In this document: one piece after another, positions 1 to 7,232 of the stretch
Layout: every line of letters starts with the position of its first letter
Position numbering within the stretch: position 1 is the stretch's first letter
Virus record (IMG/VR): IMGVR_UViG_3300019477_000097
DNA: 59,863 nt
Direction: 5' to 3' (one strand)
Source: a virus
Notes under the pieces: generated by a model
Databases searched by the model: none
Told to the model about the DNA's origin: nothing
Seen by the model: the letters and a program-made list of their open reading frames with translations, nothing else
Position numbers and translations under genes: made by a program

Positions 1-127
1 AATGCGCTGTAAGGCTCAAATTAAGCCAGTAAACGTGCATCTCTGTAACCACAATGTAAGGCGTTTGGTTTTTGGGCTGTTTGCCGTTGCTTTAAAGAGG
101 TTTGCAGTATAGGCGGATTTAAAATGT
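1..127. repeat. Terminal direct repeat, left copy (127 bp, identical to 59737..59863)
   Basis: Exact 127/127 identity between both window ends, read directly. The unit genome is therefore 59,736 bp. 127 is a common maximal assembler k-mer, so a circular-contig overlap is the simplest explanation. Confidence 0.9.
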
Positions 128-273
128 AATACTAGTTGTGATGTGTAGCTTTACATTAAATTTACATTTATAGGTAGGACAGGGTTGGTGATATGGTTTG
201 GTGATTTGGTAGGCGGTGTTAGTTGGAAGTAAAATTGAATTTAATACGCTTACCTACTTATTAAAAATTATAC

Positions 274-520
274 ATGCGAATGCGTTTGTATATGTATTAT
301 TTTTTTAATATTAATGTATTAATGAACAGCTACAGATTTAACAAAACTTTACAAAAAAACAGTATAAGCACCTTATCATTAATATATACTGTTCACAGCA
401 CCCCTTTTATTAAAAAAATAATAAAAATAAAAATTAATTATTATTCACTAATTAAAAACATATAAAAAACATATATTTATATATATCTATATAATATATA
501 TATTATTATTTATTACTTTA
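274..520. other. Extremely AT-rich tract (possible DNA-unwinding or curved region)
   Basis: Almost pure A/T with runs such as atatatttatatatatctatataatatatatattattatttatt (466-515). The only ORF here (274..465) translates to low-complexity I/N/K/Y sequence. Confidence 0.7.
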
Positions 521-522
521 TT

Positions 523-684
523 GGGGTATTAACTAGGGGTATTTTAACACATTAACATATTAACATTAAGCCCTCAACATAAACACTCCTTTTTACTAAT
601 TATTAAGTAAACGCAATTTTTTGGGTATTATTTGTTACCCCGACAAAAAATAATGCTTTTTGTAAATTGATTACCTGTTACCCC
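523..684. repeat. Five GGGGTAWT / GTTACCCC sites flanking the AT-rich tract (iteron-like)
   Basis: ggggtatt at 523 and 536, gggtatt at 623, and the reverse form gttacccc at 634 and 677. The 623/634 pair forms an inverted repeat. Confidence 0.6.
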
Positions 685-913
685 AATTTCTTAATGTAAC
701 TTGAGTTAGCATTACAAATTCGGTTATGCCATTTGCAAGTCAGTATGCCAAATGAGTTATTGGTCAGCGGTGATTGGTAGCTAGTGTAGTTAGGACTAGG
801 TCGGAAAGTTGGAACGGTTAAGGAAGCGTAAAAGTGGTTGTATGAGTCTAAGATGTAGGGTATAGTTTGGTTGTGGCAGGCGGTTAGCCTGTGGTTATAT
901 TAGGAGATAGGAA

Positions 914-1048
914 ATGGACTACGATGCATGGTTATTTACTGGTGAAAGAGACGAGGAAGAGGAAGCAGAAATTGAAGCAAGACGTAAGTTCTATGAGGAA
1001 CAACGTCAGGAACAAGAAGACGATAGGAACTATTGGGATTGGCAGTGA
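914..1048 (+). CDS. Possible small acidic protein (44 aa); not in the ORF track
   Basis: ATG at 914 is preceded by AGGAG (902-906, 7-nt spacer). Translation: MDYDAWLFTGERDEEEEAEIEARRKFYEEQRQEQEDDRNYWDWQ*. TGTGGTTATAT lies just upstream (890-900). The ORF is short, so support is weak. Confidence 0.3.
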   Translation: MDYDAWLFTGERDEEEEAEIEARRKFYEEQRQEQEDDRNYWDWQ

Positions 1049-1173
1049 GTGGGAGGACTCGGTCTTTGGACTGGGTAGTGGAGATTGGGTCTGCGGGCGA
1101 TGCCGATAGTGATGGTTGATGGCTTCCTTTGTGGTTATGACTGTTGATAGGTAGCGACGAGTTTCCGATTTGG

Positions 1174-1324
1174 TTCCGAAATCAGTTTTATTTGGTAGCG
1201 AACTGGTTCCGAATTGAATCGGAAATTTATTTTGACTGTTTGCTTCGGAACTGGAATCGGAAAGTGGTTCTGAAGAGGATTTCGGAATAGAAAGGAATGA
1301 TGTGATAGATATAGATGTTCGGAA
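1174..1324. repeat. Periodic TTCCGAA/TTCGGAA heptamer array
   Basis: Exact heptamers start at 1174, 1207, 1244, 1281 and 1318 (spacings 33, 37, 37, 37 bp). Related ATCGGAAA copies start at 1218 and 1256, and TTCCGAT at 1163. Confidence 0.8.
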
Positions 1325-1332
1325 TAAACACA

Positions 1333-1370
1333 AACACCAGCTAGTCTATTGGATTTGTCTAGCTGGTGTT
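1333..1370 (-). terminator. Rho-independent terminator candidate for 1391..1615
   Basis: Perfect 12-bp stem (aacaccagctag / ctagctggtgtt) with a 14-nt loop. On the minus strand it is followed by TGTGTTTATT. Confidence 0.6.
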
Positions 1371-1390
1371 GGATATGAGGTGTAGGATAA

Positions 1391-1615
1391 TTAGATAAAG
1401 AACTGGTCAAGGAAACGGTCAAGGACTCGCTTAGCTTCTCGACGTTTAATATCAGTAAAGCAGCAGCAATCCCGGATGTAGTAGCTTGGGATAGAGATAC
1501 GGCGAGCTATTGGGTCAGCAGAACGAGACTTTACGGTGTAATAGTTGTCGTGGATTGCTGACGGTAGATTGTTTTCTGGGAAGTTAATCGTGTATTTAGT
1601 AGTTTTTAGTTTCAT
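1391..1615 (-). CDS. Hypothetical small protein (74 aa)
   Basis: ORF-track ORF with a weak AAGG RBS. It is followed on its own strand by the 1333..1370 stem-loop. It is the only ORF in the control region with terminator support. Confidence 0.4.
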   Translation of the reverse strand: MKLKTTKYTINFPENNLPSAIHDNYYTVKSRSADPIARRISIPSYYIRDCCCFTDIKRREAKRVLDRFLDQFFI

Positions 1616-1784
1616 TTTAAGACCTTTGCTGTAATGGGTTAATTTTAGCGTATGCTGGCGTTTAGCCGTTTAACGTGGGTTAGGGTTAGCAACGGCTCAA
1701 ATAGGGCTTGTGGGCGAAATTTGGCGGGTTGCTGGCGGTTTTGCCGTGCCTTTGGGTGCTGGTGTGTCGTTTGCCGCGCGTAAA

Positions 1785-1868
1785 AGGGCTTTCGGCGTTT
1801 TTATACACAGGGCTGTCGCGATTTTTGTACGGCTTTCGCGATTTATTTGCAGGGCTTTCGGCGTTTTT
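1785..1868. repeat. Four tandem ~22-bp direct repeats (iteron-like)
   Basis: agggctttcggcgttttt at 1785 and 1851 are exact 18-mers. agggctgtcgcgattttt at 1809 and acggctttcgcgatttat at 1829 are related. Periods are 24, 20 and 22 bp. Confidence 0.85.
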
Positions 1869-2356
1869 CTGTGTAAATGCAGATAGCTCACTCGCTCCTT
1901 TTGGGCGGTTATTTGGTTATAACTACCTTAATAATCACAATAGTAACTATACAGGCGCAATAATACCCTTAGTAACCATTACCAAAGTTACGATACCATG
2001 TGCAATAGACGGACGCTATTGTTTGCGTGTTACCATTGCCAAAAGCAATTAGTATGGTAATGTTAATCTAAGTAGATGTGCGTTAACAAAATGTAAAGGT
2101 AGTGTAAAGTAAGTTTTACATGGCTAAAGTGTAAAATTGCTTGCATTTTGGCTAAATATAATGTATTTACGCGCTTTACATATAATAGCTTTTTTAATGC
2201 CCAATTACTTTTTATTGTTTACACAATATTTATAAACCTTAACGCCATTTAACAAAAGAGGCTGTATAATGCAAAGCATAGGCAGTAAGCAATAAACCGC
2301 CTAAAACGCAAAAAGGCAAAACGCCTTAACTTTAAAACTAACTAGGAGTATTAAAA

Positions 2357-2716
2357 ATGGCTGTTACATTAACTAAAACCGCAAAAACAACCCGTGCAAC
2401 CCGTGCAAAGGAGCAAAAAGCCGTAACCGAGCTTTTAAACGTGCCTAATGTTGCAAACCTTTTGCCCGCACCCGTTGAGCAACCTGCAAAACCGCAAAAA
2501 CAAGAGGCCAAAGTGCAAAACGGTATTAAAGCCCCAATGCGTGCCGGTAAATGTATGGCGGTTTGGCAAGCGTGCGAGGAGCTTTACAAAGCTACCGGCA
2601 AAGTACCTACACTTAAAGAGGTAATGGCAAGCGAGGCCATGCAAGGCGCAAACGCTACTAATACGCAAATTGAGTTTTACCGCTGGCGTAAATTTAACGG
2701 CTTAAACGTTAAATAA
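2357..2716 (+). CDS. Hypothetical protein; Lys/Ala/Thr-rich N-terminus plus C-terminal NGI[KR]xP...RWRKF domain (paralog of 42740..43429)
   Basis: AGGAG at 2344-2348, 8 nt before the ATG. By eye the C-terminal 65 aa align with the centre of the 229-aa Lys/Ala/Glu-rich protein. Confidence 0.75.
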   Translation: MAVTLTKTAKTTRATRAKEQKAVTELLNVPNVANLLPAPVEQPAKPQKQEAKVQNGIKAPMRAGKCMAVWQACEELYKATGKVPTLKEVMASEAMQGANATNTQIEFYRWRKFNGLNVK

Positions 2717-2728
2717 CATATTAATAAA

Positions 2729-2753
2729 TTGCACGGGTAAACCGCCCGTGCAA
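2729..2753 (+). terminator. Stem-loop after 2357..2716 (weak terminator candidate)
   Basis: ttgcacggg / cccgtgcaa gives a 9-bp stem with a 7-nt loop. There is no T tract on the + strand. Confidence 0.35.
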
Positions 2754-2788
2754 TACCCAAACAACATATTATTAAAAGGTTAATAAAA

Positions 2789-3391
2789 ATGCAAAACTTT
2801 AAAAATTATGTAGCAGGCTTAGCCATTGAGTTATTAAACAATTGTGAGGTTTACAACGTTGCTGAGGCGCATTTTGAGGGTAAAGCCGAGTTTAAGGAGC
2901 TCAGGCTTGCTGTTTGCCAAAACGTGTGCCATTTTAGCGTTTACCGTGTAAGCAATATGTGCAATTACTCAACAATGCAGTTATATACTGCAATAGCTAA
3001 GGCCATACTCGCTGCTATAAAAGAGCGTGCGAGCGAGGGTTATTACGCGCATAAAGCCATTTTTGGCTATATTGAGGGTTTAAAAACCAAGCCATTAGTT
3101 AACGTAGCGTTATATGCTGTTGAGGCTTACCTTAACTATTACAAACGGGCTACAAGCAACGAGTTTGGCGCAATGTTTGAGCGTGGCAAATTTACTATGC
3201 TGGCAAAGGCGGTGGAGCTTTGCCCGTTAGCAAATATTGAGGTATTTTGCAATAGTAACAATGTGCATAATTGCATTAAATGCATTACTTGCTATATTTT
3301 TGAGCAGTGCCAAGCATTACCAACGTTAAAAGAGGTTAAAAAATACCTACGTAGCACAGGCCTGTTTAACGGTTACACGCCTATTAATTAG
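2789..3391 (+). CDS. Hypothetical protein (200 aa)
   Basis: Long ORF in the AT-rich left module with an AAAGG-type RBS. I recognised no family. Confidence 0.7.
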   Translation: MQNFKNYVAGLAIELLNNCEVYNVAEAHFEGKAEFKELRLAVCQNVCHFSVYRVSNMCNYSTMQLYTAIAKAILAAIKERASEGYYAHKAIFGYIEGLKTKPLVNVALYAVEAYLNYYKRATSNEFGAMFERGKFTMLAKAVELCPLANIEVFCNSNNVHNCIKCITCYIFEQCQALPTLKEVKKYLRSTGLFNGYTPIN

Positions 3392-3399
3392 GCATAGCC

Positions 3400-3666
3400 A
3401 TGCAAACTATTACTAACAAAGTAATAACTCAAGCAACAGTAACCGCCTGTAATTGTGGCAAACCACACTGTAAAACCTGTAATTGTATTATTACTAATAT
3501 TAACCATAGTAACAATGCACTTGGTAAGCAATTACATGAGCATTATGTTGGTAAACCCGCATGGCATATTAATAACATGTTAACGGTTTTGCACGCCATT
3601 AATGCAACTATTACAGGGTTAACTATTACTGTTGAGCTATACGGCAAAGCATATACTATTATTTAA
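3400..3666 (+). CDS. Hypothetical protein (88 aa), Cys-rich N-terminus (CNCGKPHCKTCNC)
   Basis: The ORF is followed directly by the strong terminator at 3674..3710. Confidence 0.65.
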   Translation: MQTITNKVITQATVTACNCGKPHCKTCNCIITNINHSNNALGKQLHEHYVGKPAWHINNMLTVLHAINATITGLTITVELYGKAYTII

Positions 3667-3673
3667 GTTAATA

Positions 3674-3710
3674 TACCGCTTGCAATAATATGCAAGCGGT
3701 AATTTTTTTT
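3674..3710 (+). terminator. Rho-independent terminator
   Basis: taccgcttgca / tgcaagcggta gives an 11-bp stem with a 6-nt loop, followed by a T8 run. Confidence 0.85.
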
Positions 3711-3780
3711 ATTTGTTATAATAACGTGCATTACAATAAACAGTGTTACAAGCGAGCGTGTAGGAGCGCGGGTATATGTG

Positions 3781-3871
3781 CCAGCCGTTATAGTAACGCG
3801 CGGTACTATGGCGGGGGGGTATAGTTACATATGTGAGTAACCGCCGCGCCTTATTACCCCCACCCAGCCGT
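3781..3871. other. GC-rich structured element bounded by 8-bp direct repeats (CCAGCCGT)
   Basis: ccagccgt occurs at 3781 and 3864. Possible pairings are GGGGGTA 3815-3821 with TACCCCC 3855-3861, GTTAC 3824-3828 with GTAAC 3837-3841, and the crossing pair GCGCGG 3798-3803 with CCGCGC 3844-3849. It sits in a 370-nt non-coding gap. Confidence 0.4.
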
Positions 3872-4023
3872 CTCAAAATTCGGAAATAGGTCTACTTTCT
3901 ATTACATCTACCAACAACACATCTCCCTCTATCAAAATTCACCCTCGAAATATTATCACCAATCCTCTTCGCCAAAATACACGGCGTTGTTATTTTTCGA
4001 CACCAACTTTACAATTCCATTAC

Positions 4024-4052
4024 TTGTAATCCTCACGCCGCCGCCCTATAAT
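4024..4052 (+). promoter_or_regulatory. Sigma70-like promoter candidate (TTGTAA-17-TATAAT)
   Basis: -35 TTGTAA at 4024-4029, a 17-nt spacer, and -10 TATAAT at 4047-4052, 25 nt before the ATG at 4077. The -10 lies inside a GCCCTATAAT box related to GCCCTATACT at 59706 and at 34669 (minus strand). Confidence 0.45.
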
Positions 4053-4076
4053 ACCAAACTCTTACTAATTGTGGTT

Positions 4077-4793
4077 ATGACAAAGAAAATTAGAATTTTA
4101 GCTTTATTTGACGATGGGAACGGCAGTGTAAAAAAGGCACTACCAGACCACGAGGTCGTATCAGTAGGAATCGGCAACGCCGATATTGTGATGGATTTGT
4201 CAGACCTGAAAAATATTAAAAAGCTGGTCGATATACACAAAAAAAATCCATTCGACCTGCTGATGGCAAGCCCACCGTGCGAATCTTGGAGCTTCGCAAC
4301 AGCAGTTCCAGGTGGGAACGCATATCGAGATAAAGAAACATTGCAACTTAGGACTTTTGAAAATTGGAAAACGCTCAATTACTCATCAATAAGTAAGTTA
4401 GTAAAGCGAAACGCGCCTGAACTTCATGACACCTATTTAAGATACCAGAAGTCTGGAATCAATGGCGATTTAACCGCACTATTTGTTTGCGAGATTGTGA
4501 AAGTTTTAGAAATTCCGTTCGTTATTGAAAACCCACAAACATCAATGCTGTTTGAAAGAATGAAGCGTAACGGTCTGGATTTCGTAAAGAGTAAGGCTTG
4601 TTATTCAGCGTACAGCGATGAGTTCCCACTTAAAAGAACGGGATTCGCGTCAAATGTGGAAATGAGACTGAAAAATGCGAATAAGGCTGCATTTCGAATG
4701 AAACAGATTAAAAACAATAGAAAAATTCTTCGGTCATCTATTCCCGCAGATTTGATTCGGGACATTATAAGTTATTTTAACTTTGGGTCATAA
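4077..4793 (+). CDS. Compact DNA (cytosine-5)-methyltransferase-like protein (238 aa)
   Basis: Motif IV ASPPCESWS (catalytic PC), motif VI FVIENP, and motif X-like SSIPADLIRDII are present. Motif I is degenerate (LFDDGNG). I chose the ATG at 4077 inside ORF 3987..4793. Confidence 0.65.
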   Translation: MTKKIRILALFDDGNGSVKKALPDHEVVSVGIGNADIVMDLSDLKNIKKLVDIHKKNPFDLLMASPPCESWSFATAVPGGNAYRDKETLQLRTFENWKTLNYSSISKLVKRNAPELHDTYLRYQKSGINGDLTALFVCEIVKVLEIPFVIENPQTSMLFERMKRNGLDFVKSKACYSAYSDEFPLKRTGFASNVEMRLKNANKAAFRMKQIKNNRKILRSSIPADLIRDIISYFNFGS

Positions 4794-4830
4794 CGCCCAA
4801 TTATCTAATCCAACCAAAACAGGAGTAATT

Positions 4831-5064
4831 ATGAACAAATACGCAAAACCAATTCCGAAAGGGTTAACGTCCTTAGACGTTTATGACGTACTGATTATGT
4901 TCGACGTTCGTGACCCAGCCATTCAACACGCAATCAAGAAACTCTTGGCTTGCGGCCAACGTGGACATAAAAACGCATTTCAGGACTTGCGAGAAGCGCG
5001 TGAGTCTATTGACCGCGCCCTCGAATGCTTTCCAGTTCATTACGGAGAACAAAATGGGAATTAA
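4831..5064 (+). CDS. Small protein, DUF3310-like (77 aa)
   Basis: AGGAG at 4821-4825 precedes the ATG at 4831. The pattern AIKKLLACGQRGHKNAFQDLREARESIDRAL resembles the DUF3310 signature (recalled, not searched). Confidence 0.55.
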   Translation: MNKYAKPIPKGLTSLDVYDVLIMFDVRDPAIQHAIKKLLACGQRGHKNAFQDLREARESIDRALECFPVHYGEQNGN

Positions 5065-5503
5065 TATTCGTGCCAAAGGACAGGCGGGCGAACGTGAAAT
5101 TTGTCAGTTGTTAGAAAACTTGACGTTGCCGATACTCGCTGCTTGTGGTTACAAAGCACCCCTGAAACCTTTGTTCCAACGTAACCAGAACCAGTCAGCT
5201 GTTGGTGGATCCGATATTACAAATCCGTTTGGGTTGTGTATCGAGGTCAAACGCCAAGAGACGCTTCAGGTTAACGCGTGGTGGAAGCAATGTGTTACGG
5301 CGTCCGAAGAGTTTGGCGGTGTTCCTATTGTGATGTATCGCCAGAACGGTAAGCGTAAGTGGAACTTCGTGATGGAAGCGTTTTTGCCTGTTACGCTTAT
5401 GAAGCAGGTTCTGCGACGCGTTACTGTGGACCAAGAAGATTTTGAAAGTTGGTTTAAATATTACATTGAGACTTGGATTAAAGATGGTAAATATGAAGAT
5501 TAA
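5054..5503 (+). CDS. Putative PD-(D/E)xK-type endonuclease / Holliday-junction resolvase-like protein (149 aa)
   Basis: GGAG RBS precedes the ATG at 5054. The pattern GxxGEREI...D(x)n..IEVK is typical of Hjc/VRR-NUC-like nucleases. Confidence 0.5.
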   Translation: MGINIRAKGQAGEREICQLLENLTLPILAACGYKAPLKPLFQRNQNQSAVGGSDITNPFGLCIEVKRQETLQVNAWWKQCVTASEEFGGVPIVMYRQNGKRKWNFVMEAFLPVTLMKQVLRRVTVDQEDFESWFKYYIETWIKDGKYED

Positions 5504-5738
5504 GCAATCAAGCGGAAGTACGCATACGCACTGTGTGGGCGAATTTGAATGTTACGATGCGGCCTTAGTGCCGCCGCCGCTCAATACGAAAATGATTGTA
5601 GTGTCAAAATACGGCGTAGCCCGTATTGGTACTTTTGACCCGAATTATGACGTGGCATGGTTTCCGTTGTTGCGTATGCCGCAGACTGTAAAACAAAGGA
5701 TTGGTAATGGTTCAGATTTACAAAGCTCCGTTGAGTAA
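5493..5738 (+). CDS. Hypothetical protein (81 aa)
   Basis: ORF 5442..5738. The start is uncertain (5484 or 5493) and overlaps the neighbouring genes. Confidence 0.45.
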   Translation: MKIKQSSGSTHTHCVGEFECYDAALVPPPLNTKMIVVSKYGVARIGTFDPNYDVAWFPLLRMPQTVKQRIGNGSDLQSSVE

Positions 5739-6093
5739 TATCAAGTACGCTTATGTGGAAACACTCAAGCAATGCAAGAAGTTGTTCAAAAAATTGGATA
5801 TACCTTTTGAGAATCTTCCTACTAAACCTGCGGCGGCGCACACTCAGACGCTTACCTTAACAAAGGATTATAACGGGCAAACTGTTATAGATTGCGTCTG
5901 TATTGTATGGTTAATTCCTAGTAAAAATCCAACAGTAGATATCCCTTTGTTAGTTCACGAAGCGACGCACATTAAGCAGGAAATTGGAATTTGGATGAGT
6001 GAAGACAAGTTTTCGCCGGAAATTGAGGCTTATATTATGCAGGAGCTTGTGGAAAATTTATTGTCGGCGTATAATACGCTTCGCGGTGGTTAA
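5707..6093 (+). CDS. Small HExxH-motif protein (putative metallopeptidase-like, 128 aa)
   Basis: AAGGA RBS 6 nt before the ATG at 5707. The motif is VHEATHIKQE. The strong terminator at 6131..6168 follows. Confidence 0.6.
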   Translation: MVQIYKAPLSNIKYAYVETLKQCKKLFKKLDIPFENLPTKPAAAHTQTLTLTKDYNGQTVIDCVCIVWLIPSKNPTVDIPLLVHEATHIKQEIGIWMSEDKFSPEIEAYIMQELVENLLSAYNTLRGG

Positions 6094-6130
6094 TAGCCGT
6101 GTTTACTCCTTATCTCTCTGTGATGGACAC

Positions 6131-6168
6131 AAACTGGCAAGTTTAGGCTTGCCAGTTTTTTTTTTTTT
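6131..6168 (+). terminator. Rho-independent terminator
   Basis: aaactggcaag / cttgccagttt gives an 11-bp stem with a 6-nt loop, followed by a T run of more than 10. Confidence 0.9.
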
Positions 6169-6274
6169 ATTTGCCTATCGTAATAATGAATGTTATAATT
6201 AAGGTAATTGATATTATAACATAAGAATACGGGATTTGTAAACGTGAAGAATATTATTATCGTTGGAGTTTGAT

Positions 6275-6805
6275 ATGTCCAAAATGTCGCAACGTTATTG
6301 GATCCGAAAGCAGAATGTCCTTTTAATTCGAGCGTTACGGGTTAGTTACGGACTTTCCGTAATTGTCCTGATGCTTGTCCACCTTAATATATCAGGAACT
6401 ATTATGCATCGTGTCTACGAGAATAGTTCCTGGCTTGGTAAAGGTCTGATATGCTTTTTGGCGGCTTCCACTATCCTTTTGGTTATGGATGTTTTTGTGG
6501 AAACTATGTGGAATACCTCAAAAGAGTGGGTTAAAAAACACTGCGAGGGTTGCCATATCCGGATGGCACATTTTGAGCGTCTGAATTTTGTTGTCCGTGC
6601 GTGGTGTGCTTTTGCCACAAGATACAGACATTGGTTCTACCTACCAACAACGTTCGGGTTTTTATTTATTATCCCTTTATCTACTCACTTGAACATTCCT
6701 AGCCCGCCGATTCTCAAGATATTCTACCTGTGGTTATTCCTATGGGGTATGGGTTGCGCGTTATTGGAAGGCGCAATTAACAATGGAAAACTGGAAAATG
6801 CTTAA
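6275..6805 (+). CDS. Multi-pass membrane protein (possible holin/antiholin or immunity protein)
   Basis: GGAG at 6265-6268 precedes the ATG at 6275. There are several hydrophobic segments, and it is the first gene of the lysis cassette. Confidence 0.55.
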   Translation: MSKMSQRYWIRKQNVLLIRALRVSYGLSVIVLMLVHLNISGTIMHRVYENSSWLGKGLICFLAASTILLVMDVFVETMWNTSKEWVKKHCEGCHIRMAHFERLNFVVRAWCAFATRYRHWFYLPTTFGFLFIIPLSTHLNIPSPPILKIFYLWLFLWGMGCALLEGAINNGKLENA

Positions 6806-7232
6806 ACGGAAAACGAAGTGGATTTTAACCACATTGATTTATTGTTCCCTTACCAGCATTGCTTTGGCAGAGGTAAGGGAATCATTTCACAACACTATAA
6901 AAACAGGAACAATGGGATGGGATATACTTTATTCGTGTCTCGCTGGCGCGGCAGGTGGATTAGTTCAAACTATTCGTAACTTGCAAAATCCGCACAAGTA
7001 TAGCAAGAATTTAGCTGTGGAACTGTGTGCAAATTTGCTGATATCGAGCTTTGCGGGTATAATGACATTCCTGTTCTTCGCTGGCACAACAATGTTCAAC
7101 ATCAGCCCTGTATTAATGATGTTCTTTGCCTGCTGTGCTGGTGTGTTAGGTTACGAAATTATCCGCAAATATACCGATAATTTCACAAAAACGGTGGATA
7201 AGTCAAATGATAACGAAACTCCTGACAAATAA
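6783..7232 (+). CDS. Putative holin (membrane protein, 149 aa)
   Basis: Three or more predicted TM segments and a charged C-terminus. It lies immediately upstream of the spanins and endolysin. The start is uncertain (6783 or 6798). Confidence 0.55.
   Translation: MENWKMLKRKTKWILTTLIYCSLTSIALAEVRESFHNTIKTGTMGWDILYSCLAGAAGGLVQTIRNLQNPHKYSKNLAVELCANLLISSFAGIMTFLFFAGTTMFNISPVLMMFFACCAGVLGYEIIRKYTDNFTKTVDKSNDNETPDK

Noticed and set aside
1-127. The end duplication as a genuine short direct terminal repeat (physical genome ends)
   Set aside because: The length is exactly 127 bp, a standard assembler k-mer, and nothing distinctive such as cos-like features sits at its borders. An assembly overlap of a circular graph is more parsimonious. 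This cannot be settled without reads.
274-465. 63-aa ORF in the AT-rich tract
   Set aside because: The translation is pure I/N/K/Y/F low complexity, which is expected by chance in about 90% A+T DNA.
891-1422. Track ORFs 891..1109 (+), 932..1333 (-) and 1135..1422 (-) in the control region
   Set aside because: They run straight through the phased TTCSGAA array, lack an RBS and translate to low-complexity Ser/Phe/Leu-rich strings. They look like by-products of the repeats.
1163-1868. The repeat arrays as a CRISPR array
   Set aside because: The repeats are 7-18 bp (too short), the spacers are not unique 30-40-mers of constant length, and no cas genes are present.
1697-2052. Track ORFs 1697..1891 (-) and 1708..2052 (+)
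   Set aside because: Both cross the four 22-bp direct repeats, so their 'proteins' are internally repetitive (GLSAFLYTGLSRFLYGFRDLFAGLSAFF). Neither has an RBS.
2092-2223. Cluster of TGTAAA/TTTACA hexamers (2092, 2103, 2115, 2130, 2175, 2218; also 150, 161) upstream of gene 2357
   Set aside because: Short AT-rich hexamers are expected to recur in AT-rich DNA. I could not pair any of them with a properly spaced -10/-35, so I made no regulatory call.
3781-3871. The GC-rich structured element as a tRNA gene
   Set aside because: I could not build a cloverleaf. There is no GTTCRANYC T-loop, no acceptor/anticodon arrangement, and the G7 run is atypical.
3867-3876. GCCGTCTCAA, one mismatch from the Neisseria DNA-uptake sequence GCCGTCTGAA
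   Set aside because: It is a single imperfect copy, compatible with chance. The genome-wide repeated word is a different sequence.
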